Shown here: positions 1-10,083 of the stretch, in pieces
How the letters are laid out: every line of letters starts with the position of its first letter
How positions within the stretch are numbered: the first letter of the stretch is position 1
NCBI GenBank assembly: GCA_964644975.1
Contig: CAZXYQ010000002.1
Coordinates: 5,570 to 69,569 of the forward strand
DNA from: an uncultured Rhodohalobacter sp.
Lineage (GTDB): Bacteria; Bacteroidota; Rhodothermia; Balneolales; Balneolaceae
Length of the DNA: 64,000 nucleotides
Direction of reading: 5' to 3'
Translations under genes and position numbers: made by a program
The notes under the pieces: generated by a model
The model's input: only the letters and a program-made list of their open reading frames with translations
Told to the model about the DNA's origin: nothing
Database searches by the model: none

Positions 1-1
1 T

Positions 2-1495
2 TACCCAACGCGTACAGTTGTTCGGGACGGCAGTAAGTACTTCGGCCCATATGATCATGTAGGGCATATGCGCAGAATGCTGGAGACGATTCGCAAGACA
101 TTTAACCTTTGCACTTGTGCGGTCTCCCCAAAGATGATCGACAAATCGCGGGGAGCACCAAAATGGCACTCCTGCTTTGACGATTACCTTGAAAACTGTT
201 CAGGTGACTGGGATGAGGAGGAGTATCAAACCGCAATAGATAAAGTGGAGCGTCTGCTGACTGGTAAGACGGAAGACCTGATTCGCGAGATCAAAGAGGA
301 GATGCAGATCGCCTCAGATGCTCTCGCTTTTGAGGAGGCCGCAAAACTTCGCGACAGTATGGAATCTCTGGTAAAATATAACCAGAAGATGAAAATTGTA
401 GACAACAAGCAGGTCAATCGCGATATTTTTGCGATTGAAGTGGACGAGGAGCTGCTGGAAGCGTGCGGCGTTCTGTTTAAAGTTCGTGAAGGGAAGCTGA
501 TCGGGAAATTTCACAGGTTTTTGAAAAATATATCAGAATCATCAAGAGAGATGATGATCCAGTCGTTTGTGGAAGATTACTACACCGGTCAGTTTGCTGG
601 CGCTATTCCCGATGAAGTCTACATCAGTGAAGAGATGGAGGATTCGGAACCTCTGGCTGAATATCTTTGGGAACAGCATCAGAAGAAAGTACCGATTCGG
701 GTTCCAAAAATAGGGGAGAAGAAACATCTGATTAATATGGCGATATCGAACGCAAAACTGAACCTGGGTCAGCGAAAGCTTGAGAAACAGAAGTTTGAAA
801 AGGAGAGGATACCGCAATCGGTAAAGGATTTGAAAGAGTACCTCCATCTGCAGCGACTGCCCCGCAGAATTGAGTGTTTTGATAACTCCAACACGCAGGG
901 TACGGATCCGGTGGCATCGATGGTCTGCTTTGTGGATTCACAGCCCCGGAAAAGTGAATACAAACGATTTAAAATAAAAACTGTGGTTGGAGCCGACGAT
1001 TTTGCATCAATGAAAGAAATAGTGATGCGTCGCTACAAGCGTGTAAAAAAGGAGAAGCTTCAGCCGCCGGATTTGATTCTGATTGACGGCGGTAAAGGCC
1101 AGTTGAGTGCTGCTGTTGAAGGTCTGAGAGAGATTGGTTTTGAAGGCGAATGTGAAATTGCCGGAATTGCAAAGCGTCTAGAAGAGGTGTTTCTGCCGGG
1201 GAAAGCTGATCCCTATATGATTCCGAAAACTTCATCGGCACTGAAGCTTCTTCAGCGGGCTCGCGATGAAGCGCACCGGTTTGCGATCAACTATCACAGA
1301 GATAAACGTAGTAAACGAACGATAAAAACGGAGCTCACAGAGATAGACGGGATTGGCGAAAAAACAGCTGCTGAACTTATTAAACTTTTTGGGTCCGTAA
1401 AAAAAGTGAAGCAGTCCGATGAAAGCCTGCTAAAAGAGGCGATAGGTGAGAAAAAGGGTGAATTGGTGTATCAATTTTATAATGATGCGGATTAA
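2..1495 (+). CDS. uvrC: Excinuclease ABC subunit C (5'-truncated by window edge)
   Basis: Frame is open from base 2 (YPTRTVVRDGSKYFGPY); contains the UVR motif FEEAAKLRD, RNase H-like IECFDNSN...DLILIDGGKGQL, RDEAHRFA and C-terminal HhH (IDGIGEK). Confidence 0.97.
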   Translation, partial: YPTRTVVRDGSKYFGPYDHVGHMRRMLETIRKTFNLCTCAVSPKMIDKSRGAPKWHSCFDDYLENCSGDWDEEEYQTAIDKVERLLTGKTEDLIREIKEEMQIASDALAFEEAAKLRDSMESLVKYNQKMKIVDNKQVNRDIFAIEVDEELLEACGVLFKVREGKLIGKFHRFLKNISESSREMMIQSFVEDYYTGQFAGAIPDEVYISEEMEDSEPLAEYLWEQHQKKVPIRVPKIGEKKHLINMAISNAKLNLGQRKLEKQKFEKERIPQSVKDLKEYLHLQRLPRRIECFDNSNTQGTDPVASMVCFVDSQPRKSEYKRFKIKTVVGADDFASMKEIVMRRYKRVKKEKLQPPDLILIDGGKGQLSAAVEGLREIGFEGECEIAGIAKRLEEVFLPGKADPYMIPKTSSALKLLQRARDEAHRFAINYHRDKRSKRTIKTELTEIDGIGEKTAAELIKLFGSVKKVKQSDESLLKEAIGEKKGELVYQFYNDAD

Positions 1496-1729
1496 AGCAT
1501 CCATTCAAATCAATCCATGTTGACCTGATTGAAGCTTGGATTACAAACTTAAGATGTTAGCAATATTTCATACATGTTATAGAAAGCATAACTCCTTTTT
1601 GTGGTACAATATATAACGCTCACAGGTTTTCTTGAAACCAACACAGGCAGAGTTATTATTTAATCTAAATTTTCTGTAAATGTTCTAAAGACATATGACA
1701 GGTAACTAAATTGTGTTCAGACGATCTTC

Positions 1730-4700
1730 TTACTTTACCAGCACCATCTGGCGGGTTTGAACGGCGTTACCGGCCGTGAGGCGGTAGACGTAAACGCCGC
1801 TGGAGAGATCAGAGGCGTCGAAAGTTGCCTGATGGCTGCCCGCCTGAACCGGGCCATCAACAAGCACGGCAACACGGCGTCCCAGCATATCAAATATTTC
1901 AAGACGCACATCACTTCGAACCGGTAACTGATACCCGATAACCGTTACCGGATTAAAGGGATTGGGATAGTTTTGATCGAGATGGACATCCCGGGGTATT
2001 TCTGTTTCCGGTTCAATGTCGGTCGATGTTTCGCCATTCACGCTGACGGACGTTACCGCCATTTTGGATCGCTGGCCGCTCTCTTCATCCAGCCTCACAC
2101 CGGTGAAATAGTAGCGCCACAGGAGCTGAACGTAAGCTTTGTTACCGGTCTCTTGCGGCAGCATCACCGGCCCGATCCATTCGCTGTGACCCTCTTCTTC
2201 ATTTCGTTCATATTCCACCGGTTTACCCTCATCATTCAACAAATCCTGGAACTCTCCTTCGTTACCAATGCGATATTGGAGCCGCAGGTTGTATACACGT
2301 GAGTTGGGACGGATGGTGCGGCCTTGCCAGTGCACGGAAATCTCTTTCATGTCCCGAGTATCAAGTGCCAGGATCGCCCCGCCGAGTGTGGTGCCGGGAT
2401 ACCCGGGGTTTCCATCTTCATTACCGGTGTTGATAAACGCAAATCCATCGCTGCCAAGCCCGTTAATGCGGGTGCGTGATTCCAGGTCGTACACACCATC
2501 GGTAAAACCGGCAACGTTTGCCGTGATCTCCGGATCGAGCTCATCCATATAGGCAAACGCCATGTTGTTGGGATAACTTCCCGCCTCGGCATCTGCAGGC
2601 CACTCACTTAATTGATAGGAGCTCTCGTTTAGCCGGTGCGCAACTGGAAAGAGGTCGGCATCGGGATCTTCCTCAAACACGGCGGTAACCGATAGCGACT
2701 GGGTGAGATTTCTGTTGATTTTCGGAAGGTGATGTTCGGCATCAATCCCTTCCCAATGAGAGAATCGGTAGCCGGGCAAGGGGGCGGCTTTCAGTGTGAT
2801 GGGGATTCCTTCAAAATAGGTTCCTGACCAGGGATACGGCTCCGGGTCGACCCCCGGCGTCTCCCCGCTGATGGCAATTGTGTTCACGAGAACAAATCCT
2901 GCAGCGGGGTCAGAGATATCTACAGTGACATCATGTTCGTCTTGGATATTGAAATAGTTCCGAAGATGCTGACGAGAGAAATGCGAGCGTTTTTCTGCAT
3001 AGGGGATAAGCTGGTCGGATATTCTGTTCTCCCAGTTGTTTATAGTGCCCCAGGGTCTGCTCCATCTCTGAATGTGTTCAGCTATTTCAGGACGAATGAC
3101 TTTCGCCATCCGGTTTATGATTCCGATCATGCGTTCGGATTTAAAACCGCTGTTTAATTGGTCTAAGTAGCGATTTATAAACGAACTTTTAAATTCCTCG
3201 CTTTCCATAAAAAGATTAAACAGCTCCACTGACCAGGCAGGGTTTCCGTGCGGATGTGAGATTTCTCCGAGAGCATGACGCAGTGTATTGTAATCGGGTC
3301 CTCTTCCGAAGAGGTAAAATCCGAAGTCAAGATCATATGCCAACCATCGCCAGCGGCCGTCTTGTTGCCCGGAAGCATTGGGATCATATTCATTGGTACG
3401 GTACCTCCAGAAATCGATATTATTTCCCGGCCAGTCTGTATTACCCACGAATATCTGTCCTATCTGATAGTCGATGTAGTTCTCTACATCAATACGCGTT
3501 TGAATGTATTGATAGTTTTCCAGGTTTGAAAGATCGTTTTCTCTCATAAAATTCAGTGTTTCAGCGTAGTGATGATTGTCTCCCTCTTTTACTACCGCGT
3601 TTCCCTCAAGAATATCCAGATTTTCTGAATCGACACCGTGTACACGTGACAGATAATGTTTGTCGTATCGTTCACGAAGATTATGAATGCCCCAATATTC
3701 TCCATTTAAAAATATGATGTGGGGGCGGTACGCCTGGGTATCGAATTTCATATGTTTGATAATTCCCTGCATCATCGCATCGCGAAACATTGTTTCAGCC
3801 CAGTCGTTCCCGGAATTGCGCAGCATCAGACGATTATACTCGTTATAAGGCTGGTCGGGAAACAGTGGGTGATAGAACCGGTTTTCACCATATTGATTTC
3901 TGGCATACAGTCTTAGGGACTTCATTGGATGGGCCCGGCTCCATCCTCCGTGTATTCGAATGCCGATATCTTGTCTGTGTAGCAGTTCGGCAGTTTTATC
4001 ATCAAATAACTCTATCGAAGCTGTCCGCTCCCACTCTATTCCGCGGCGATTATAGTTTGCCGCGGCATGTCCGTCTGCCTGAGAGGGATTGTTATCATTA
4101 TAGACCTTACCCGGCACGTAGATACCGTTTTCATAATCAAACAGGTCATCTTCCTGTATTGCAAATGAAAATACGGGTAACCCAAAGCGGTCTGAGGTAA
4201 GATCCGTGATAAAGTAGGAGTGTGTTGCAGTACGAGCCGGTGCAGATCCACTTTTTACTGCTATTGCACGTACTACAGTGCCTTTGAATATTGGTTCAGA
4301 TGGATAGTAATAAGGATTCGTACTACTTTCGTACGCTGACTGCATGCGACTCACATAGTTGGGCTGATCCGTACGATCTTTTATTGTGATGGGAGAGCTG
4401 TATTCGAACGTCTGATAAGAGCGGGTTTCCAAATCTCCGGATGGGCGATATTGAGCCATATATTCGTAAGCTTGCCCTCCTATATTATCTGCATTAGGTT
4501 CTGATCCGTCCAGCGTATAATAAATGGTGACGTCAGGGTCGGGATGAGTCAGCTCAAGATCAAATTGCGACGAGTAAAATCCCGCATAGTGTGATAGTGT
4601 TACGGGTTCGAGAATATCCCGGAAGCCGTGATCACCGTTGGGTTCTCCCGGGGTAGGCTGGTTATAGAAGTACCAGTCGCCGGTGCCGTCGGGGTAGCGG

Positions 4701-5149
4701 CCCAGGCTGATATCGGTGGGAATTGCGGTCGGCTCCAGTTCATCAATTCGAACTCCGCCCGGTTCAGTAATCAGCACCTCTTCTCCAGAGGATGAAATTG
4801 AAAAATTTGTATGCAGCTCACCTGCCGGATCACTACGATCTTTTCCGGAAGCCCAGACAAGCAGGTACTCACCCGGTTGTACGGTAATATCGGGGAATAC
4901 CCACCGATAAGGGCGGTCGTAATCATCTGAGAGTCCAAACCCTTCCAGGTTCAGCGGTTCATCTCCGGTATAGTAAATTTCAATCCAATCTTCGTTATCG
5001 CCATTCTCATCGGCAATTCCTGATCCGTTGGAGGCAACTATTTCATTCAGGTAGAGTTGCTGGGCAGTAAGTTGACTTGGCAAGAGCATCAATAAAACAA
5101 TCAACTTCACTGTAGCAAAAAGAAATAAATATCGTGAGGTGTTTTTCAT
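1730..5149 (-). CDS. T9SS-secreted CotH-kinase family protein (signal peptide, lamin-tail domain, chitobiase/Fn3-associated domain, CotH, CTD)
   Basis: LNEIVASN...DWIEIY (LTD); IYYTLDGSEP; GIRIHGGWSR, LNGEYWGIHNLRE, NTDWPGNN, RWRWLAYDLDFG (CotH); LDQNYPNPFNP...LSSGVYVYRL (T9SS type A CTD). Confidence 0.9.
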   Translation of the reverse strand: MKNTSRYLFLFATVKLIVLLMLLPSQLTAQQLYLNEIVASNGSGIADENGDNEDWIEIYYTGDEPLNLEGFGLSDDYDRPYRWVFPDITVQPGEYLLVWASGKDRSDPAGELHTNFSISSSGEEVLITEPGGVRIDELEPTAIPTDISLGRYPDGTGDWYFYNQPTPGEPNGDHGFRDILEPVTLSHYAGFYSSQFDLELTHPDPDVTIYYTLDGSEPNADNIGGQAYEYMAQYRPSGDLETRSYQTFEYSSPITIKDRTDQPNYVSRMQSAYESSTNPYYYPSEPIFKGTVVRAIAVKSGSAPARTATHSYFITDLTSDRFGLPVFSFAIQEDDLFDYENGIYVPGKVYNDNNPSQADGHAAANYNRRGIEWERTASIELFDDKTAELLHRQDIGIRIHGGWSRAHPMKSLRLYARNQYGENRFYHPLFPDQPYNEYNRLMLRNSGNDWAETMFRDAMMQGIIKHMKFDTQAYRPHIIFLNGEYWGIHNLRERYDKHYLSRVHGVDSENLDILEGNAVVKEGDNHHYAETLNFMRENDLSNLENYQYIQTRIDVENYIDYQIGQIFVGNTDWPGNNIDFWRYRTNEYDPNASGQQDGRWRWLAYDLDFGFYLFGRGPDYNTLRHALGEISHPHGNPAWSVELFNLFMESEEFKSSFINRYLDQLNSGFKSERMIGIINRMAKVIRPEIAEHIQRWSRPWGTINNWENRISDQLIPYAEKRSHFSRQHLRNYFNIQDEHDVTVDISDPAAGFVLVNTIAISGETPGVDPEPYPWSGTYFEGIPITLKAAPLPGYRFSHWEGIDAEHHLPKINRNLTQSLSVTAVFEEDPDADLFPVAHRLNESSYQLSEWPADAEAGSYPNNMAFAYMDELDPEITANVAGFTDGVYDLESRTRINGLGSDGFAFINTGNEDGNPGYPGTTLGGAILALDTRDMKEISVHWQGRTIRPNSRVYNLRLQYRIGNEGEFQDLLNDEGKPVEYERNEEEGHSEWIGPVMLPQETGNKAYVQLLWRYYFTGVRLDEESGQRSKMAVTSVSVNGETSTDIEPETEIPRDVHLDQNYPNPFNPVTVIGYQLPVRSDVRLEIFDMLGRRVAVLVDGPVQAGSHQATFDASDLSSGVYVYRLTAGNAVQTRQMVLVK

Positions 5150-5534
5150 GTTTCTAAACCGATTTTAACTCTAATGATAATAAATTTCAAAGTATTTCAT
5201 GGCTTATAGCAATGAGGTCATCCAAGGTTAAAGACACAGACTTTGCTTAACAAATTAACAATCAAATCAGTAATTACAGAATAGATATTCCAATATCAAT
5301 TTGTATAAACAATTGTGTTAGAGGGAACTAATTCGAATTATCTCCGTAAATATTTCAGAAGGATCTTTTAACCTTCTAACATCAACATGTTATAGATTAA
5401 TTATAGTTGTTCTGTTTTATTTATTCTACGTTAAATTAATTACATATTTGATACAATTGGATTCTGTGTATGAATGCAGGTGTCAAACAATTTGTTTTTA
5501 AAATAGTGCATAAAGAACTAAACCCATTAATATT

Positions 5535-6170
5535 ATGCGACTAAATAAATCAAAGAATATCCCTGATAATTACGATCAAATGAAAGATCGTGAATTGGTT
5601 CATCTGTATCGTAAGGATAACGACCAGCTTGCGTTTAAAGAACTGATGAACAGACACCAGGCAAAAGTGTACTCATATATTTTCAGCATGGTACATAATC
5701 GTGAGGTTACCAACGATATTTTTCAGGAAACATTTACGAAAGTAATTACCAAAATGGACGATACGTACAATGAGCAGGGAAAATGGATTGCCTGGGTAAT
5801 GAGAATTGCACATAATGCAACAATTGATCATATTCGAAAACAAAAACGATTTGTCGACGTTAATGGATCGTATGATGACGAATCGAAAACAGATTTTTAC
5901 GACCGTTTGCCTGATGAAGGAGCTGTGGGACAAGATGAAAAGCTGGAACTTGATGAGTCAACATCAGAACTGTTGAAGCATATTTCTAACTTGCCTGAAG
6001 AGCAGCGCACAGTTGTAATGTTGCGGCATTATTATGAAATGCCATTTAAAGAAATCGCTGAACTAACGGATGTTTCCATCAATACAGCTTTGGGTAGAAT
6101 GAGGTACGCCCTTATAAATCTGCGCAAAATGTTTGATGAGGAGCATGAGAAAGAACCAAATAGTGTATGA
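5535..6170 (+). CDS. ECF-type RNA polymerase sigma-70 factor
   Basis: Region 2 (DIFQETFTK...WVMRIAHNATIDHIRK) and region 4 (LPEEQRTVVMLRHY...FKEIAELTDVSINTALGRMRYA). Confidence 0.93.
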   Translation: MRLNKSKNIPDNYDQMKDRELVHLYRKDNDQLAFKELMNRHQAKVYSYIFSMVHNREVTNDIFQETFTKVITKMDDTYNEQGKWIAWVMRIAHNATIDHIRKQKRFVDVNGSYDDESKTDFYDRLPDEGAVGQDEKLELDESTSELLKHISNLPEEQRTVVMLRHYYEMPFKEIAELTDVSINTALGRMRYALINLRKMFDEEHEKEPNSV

Positions 6171-6748
6171 GTAAAAGAGATACGAAAAGTATAAAGTATA
6201 TTTTAGATGAGTTAGATCCCGCCGAAAAAATTGAGTTTGAGCGGGAACTCAAACAAAATCCTGATCTGCTTATCGAAGTTGAATCGATTAAACGAATGCA
6301 GAGAAGACTCTCCAAACTACCGACGCTCGTTCCCCCCCAAAATATTTCCGATTCTGTTTTAACCTTTGCAGCAAATAAATCTTCCAGATCAAATAGAAAT
6401 CCCCTTCATTTCTACATATCGGCCGCTATTTTGCTGCTAGGACTTACTGCTGGCTCTTTTCTGCTGGAAAATCCCTTTGAAACAGAGGGGAACCCGGCGA
6501 ATGCATCGGTTCAATTTTCCTCTCCGGCTATGATGCAAAGCGGTGAATCACAATCCGCCTCTACAGCTACAACACCATGGGTTGATCGAAACAACGTCTT
6601 GAAACTGGGAGGGTTCGACAGTGGTAACTTAAATACAAGGGTAACAGATTTTAATTACAATAACATGAAGCTACGCTCCGCAGATAATCTGTTTAATCGC
6701 GAGTCTTCAAATCACTCACTTCAGCTGACTGGAAATAATCACCGTTAA
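6167..6748 (+). CDS. Putative membrane-anchored anti-sigma factor
   Basis: Overlaps the sigma stop by 4 bp (ATGA); N-terminal YILDELDPAEKIEFERELKQNPDL resembles an anti-sigma domain; single hydrophobic segment FYISAAILLLGLTAGSFLL. Confidence 0.7.
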   Translation: MSKRDTKSIKYILDELDPAEKIEFERELKQNPDLLIEVESIKRMQRRLSKLPTLVPPQNISDSVLTFAANKSSRSNRNPLHFYISAAILLLGLTAGSFLLENPFETEGNPANASVQFSSPAMMQSGESQSASTATTPWVDRNNVLKLGGFDSGNLNTRVTDFNYNNMKLRSADNLFNRESSNHSLQLTGNNHR

Positions 6749-6894
6749 ATAGTATTTAAAAAACCTCGTTTAAATTGTTTAAACACCAATTGTCAAAGAT
6801 ATACACATTATTATGTGCATAACTTATTTTGGTTAGGGGAATACTGAGGCTTATATTCACATCGTGTTAATCCAAACTTTGTCTCTACTATTGA

Positions 6895-7692
6895 ATGGGA
6901 AAAGTAATTTCTATTGCAAATCAAAAAGGTGGGGTGGGTAAAACCACTACAGCTATTAATCTTGCGGCCAGTCTTGCCGCCATTGAGCACTCTACGCTGC
7001 TTATTGATATCGATCCACAGAGTAATTCTACCAGTGGTCTCGGAATTGAATCGAGTACGGTATCGAACTCAATTTACGAAGTAATGGTGGGCGGTATTAA
7101 TATGGATGATGCTGTTCGTGAAACAGAACTGGATTATTTAGATCTTGTACCGTCTCATATCAACCTTGTAGGTGCTGAAATTGAGATGGTTGACAGAAGC
7201 GAGCGGGAGCGAATTCTACAAAAAGCTGTTGAAGATATTAAGCAGAAATACGATTTTGTTATTATTGATTGCCCTCCCTCTCTTGGGCTGCTTACCATTA
7301 ATGCGCTTACTTCATCTGATTCAGTGCTAATTCCGGTACAGTGCGAATACTTTGCGCTAGAGGGACTCGGGCAGCTGCTGAACACTATAAAAATTGTAAG
7401 ACAGCATCTGAACCCTGATCTCGAAATTGAAGGTGTTCTGCTAACGATGTATGACACCCGAACAAGGCTTTCGAACCAGGTGGCTGACGAAGTGAAACGC
7501 TATTTTGACGATCGAGTTTTTTCATCGGTAATAACCAGGAATGTGCGCCTTGCGGAGGCTCCAAGTTTTGGCAAGCCCGCTATTCTATACGATGCAACAA
7601 GTGCCGGAGCAAAAAACTATCTTTCGCTGGCGAGAGAAATTATTCAGCGGAATAAAAAAATGTTTAAAGATAGCCCTGCTTTTGCGGGCTGA
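6895..7692 (+). CDS. parA: Chromosome partitioning ATPase ParA/Soj
   Basis: Deviant Walker [47 protein letters not shown]. Confidence 0.97.
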   Translation: MGKVISIANQKGGVGKTTTAINLAASLAAIEHSTLLIDIDPQSNSTSGLGIESSTVSNSIYEVMVGGINMDDAVRETELDYLDLVPSHINLVGAEIEMVDRSERERILQKAVEDIKQKYDFVIIDCPPSLGLLTINALTSSDSVLIPVQCEYFALEGLGQLLNTIKIVRQHLNPDLEIEGVLLTMYDTRTRLSNQVADEVKRYFDDRVFSSVITRNVRLAEAPSFGKPAILYDATSAGAKNYLSLAREIIQRNKKMFKDSPAFAG

Positions 7693-7704
7693 GGAGATTA
7701 GCGG

Positions 7705-8631
7705 ATGACGAAAAAAGTGCTTGGCAGAGGTTTGGGAGCTTTTTTTCCTGAATATGATAAAGATTCAGGAGATAATGATGATAAAAACTCTGCTGAAAAA
7801 ACCAAGACTGCAGTTCCCATTGAGCCTGTAGAGAAGGTAAATGTGGTTCTTAATATTCCTGTAGATCACATTCGGGCTAATCCCCATCAGCCCCGGAAAG
7901 ATTTTAAAGAAACAGCTCTTGAAGAACTGGCTGATTCTATCAAAAAGCATGGGTTGATTCAACCAATTACGGTTCGTTACCTTGGCGAAAAACGGTTCGA
8001 ATTGATTAGCGGAGAAAGGCGGTTAAGGGCATCGAAACTGGCAGGCCTCGATGAAATCCCATCCTATATCAGAGAAGTTGATGATGAGCAGATGATTGCT
8101 TTTGCTTTGATTGAAAATATTCAGCGTGAGCAGCTTAATCCACTGGAAGTTGCCATGGGCTACCAAAGGCTGATGGAAGAGTGCAGCTACACGCAGGGGG
8201 AAGTTGCTGAGCGTGTTGGAAAAAACCGATCTACAGTTACAAATATGATGCGCCTGCTGCAGCTGCCCGACTTTATTCAGGCAGCACTGCGCGATGAAAA
8301 AATTTCTACCGGCCATGCCCGCTCACTCATTAACGTAGAAAAAGATTCTGATCAAAAAGCACTGCTAAAAAAAATATTGGCAAAATCACTCTCTGTGCGT
8401 CAAACAGAAGAGCTCGTACGTTCGCTTGATAAGAAGAACGTACAAATAAATTCTAAAATAAAGCAAAAACAAACATCTCCATTTCTAAACACTATCGAGA
8501 AAAGGCTTAGAAGTAATCTCAGCACAAAAGTAAATATCAAACAGAAAGGCGATGGCGGTGAAATTCGTATTGAGTATTACTCAAATGATGATCTCGAACG
8601 TCTTCTGCAGATCATTGATGAAGATAGTTAG
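7705..8631 (+). CDS. parB: Chromosome partitioning protein ParB/Spo0J
   Basis: LGRGLGA N-terminal peptide, NPHQPRK, GERRLRA, ENIQREQLNPLE, HTH; directly follows parA. Confidence 0.97.
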   Translation: MTKKVLGRGLGAFFPEYDKDSGDNDDKNSAEKTKTAVPIEPVEKVNVVLNIPVDHIRANPHQPRKDFKETALEELADSIKKHGLIQPITVRYLGEKRFELISGERRLRASKLAGLDEIPSYIREVDDEQMIAFALIENIQREQLNPLEVAMGYQRLMEECSYTQGEVAERVGKNRSTVTNMMRLLQLPDFIQAALRDEKISTGHARSLINVEKDSDQKALLKKILAKSLSVRQTEELVRSLDKKNVQINSKIKQKQTSPFLNTIEKRLRSNLSTKVNIKQKGDGGEIRIEYYSNDDLERLLQIIDEDS

Positions 8632-9247
8632 CCTCTTATTTTTAATGGTGGTACTCTGTGAGTCAGCTCTCAGCCAGCAATCTTTCATCAAAAAAGATTA
8701 TACACTGCTCGATTTAAGAATTGACGATTCTTACATGAATCATTACGTATCTGTTGACGAGCAACCGGAGCGTGAAGAGTATCCGGAACCTAAATCTGTG
8801 CTATATAAATCACTAATGATTCCCGGATGGGGACAAATTGAAAATCGCCAGGCCTGGAAAATACCGATTATTTACGGCCTGTTTTCAGGCATCGGTTATT
8901 ATACTTACACAGTCCATCAGGATTATAAAGATTACCGTGCTGCATATTATAACGTGCAAAGGGGTGAGGACAGTGATTTTAAATTTGGTCCTACTCCCGA
9001 ACGTTTGGAAGGAATAAATAGCAATCAGCTACAGCAAAACAGAAACGATTTAAGGAACAGAAGAGATTTAATGTTTATTGTGATGGCTCTTGCCTATGGT
9101 TTAAACGCGGCAGATGCGTACGTATTTGCTCATATGAGAAGCTTCGATGTGTCTGATGATCTTTCTGCAACCACCATTTTGGGACCTGATTTAATTGCCG
9201 GCAACGCTCCCGGATTAAAGTTATCCATCCAACTAAATAAAAAATAA
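8618..9247 (+). CDS. DUF5683-like membrane protein (start placed at ATG 8618)
   Basis: SLMIPGWGQIEN...WKIPIIYG and NAADAYVFAH...FDVSDDLS motifs; position after parB is typical of FCB-group genomes. Confidence 0.75.
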   Translation: MKIVSLLFLMVVLCESALSQQSFIKKDYTLLDLRIDDSYMNHYVSVDEQPEREEYPEPKSVLYKSLMIPGWGQIENRQAWKIPIIYGLFSGIGYYTYTVHQDYKDYRAAYYNVQRGEDSDFKFGPTPERLEGINSNQLQQNRNDLRNRRDLMFIVMALAYGLNAADAYVFAHMRSFDVSDDLSATTILGPDLIAGNAPGLKLSIQLNKK

Positions 9248-9251
9248 TTGT

Positions 9252-9965
9252 ATGTCTGCACCTGAATATTTCACTAAAAAGAATATGCCACCCGATCATT
9301 TTGATAAAAAGGGGAGTGACGACCTCTGGAGTATTTTCAAAATTATGGGGGAATTTGTAGACGGGTATGACAAAATGATGGAGGTGGGTCCCTGTATTTC
9401 CATTTTTGGCTCTGCCAGACTTAAAGATGATAACCACTATTACATTAAAGCAATGAGGGCGGCAGAACTTATTGCAGAGAATGGTTTTGGTGTTATAACA
9501 GGAGGAGGCCCCGGAATTATGGAAGCCGGAAATAAAGGAGCCAAAAACGCGGGTGGAAAATCTGTTGGACTTGGTATTGACCTGGAGCATGAGCAAGGAA
9601 TCAACGAATATGTGCATGCTAAATATGAGATTAATTTTAAATATTTCTTTGTCAGGAAGGTTATGTTTGTAAAATATGCACAGGGATTTATTGTATTTCC
9701 TGGCGGTTTTGGCACGCTTGATGAATTATTTGAAACGCTGACGCTTATTCAGACAAATAAAATCCAAAAAATTCCAATTGTTTTAGTTGGTACGGAATAC
9801 TGGGAAGGGTTGGGTAACTGGATAGAAAACCAGCTTGTTCATGGCGGTTATATTTCCAAAGACGATACAGACCTGTTTATGGTAACAGATAGCGAAGAGG
9901 AAGCGGTGAAACATGTATGTGAGTTCTACCAAAAAAGGAAACCAAGACCGAACTTTTCTTTCTGA
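9252..9965 (+). CDS. LOG family (TIGR00730) Rossmann-fold protein
   Basis: SIFGSAR, ITGGGPGIMEAGNKGA, YFFVRKVMF, PGGFGTLDELFE. Confidence 0.92.
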   Translation: MSAPEYFTKKNMPPDHFDKKGSDDLWSIFKIMGEFVDGYDKMMEVGPCISIFGSARLKDDNHYYIKAMRAAELIAENGFGVITGGGPGIMEAGNKGAKNAGGKSVGLGIDLEHEQGINEYVHAKYEINFKYFFVRKVMFVKYAQGFIVFPGGFGTLDELFETLTLIQTNKIQKIPIVLVGTEYWEGLGNWIENQLVHGGYISKDDTDLFMVTDSEEEAVKHVCEFYQKRKPRPNFSF

Positions 9966-10083
9966 GAAACAATTTATTCTATCTGTTGTTAATAATAATA
10001 TATTGCTTACTGAACCATAGCAAAAAAATTAGTATGTTAATCCCGTTTTTACTCTTGAAATCACAAATAAACCAAAAAGCATT

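Noticed and set aside
6749-8631. parS site near parAB
   Set aside because: I found no TGTTTCACGTGAAACA-like palindrome by eye; TTATGTGCATAA at ~6811 is too short and does not match.
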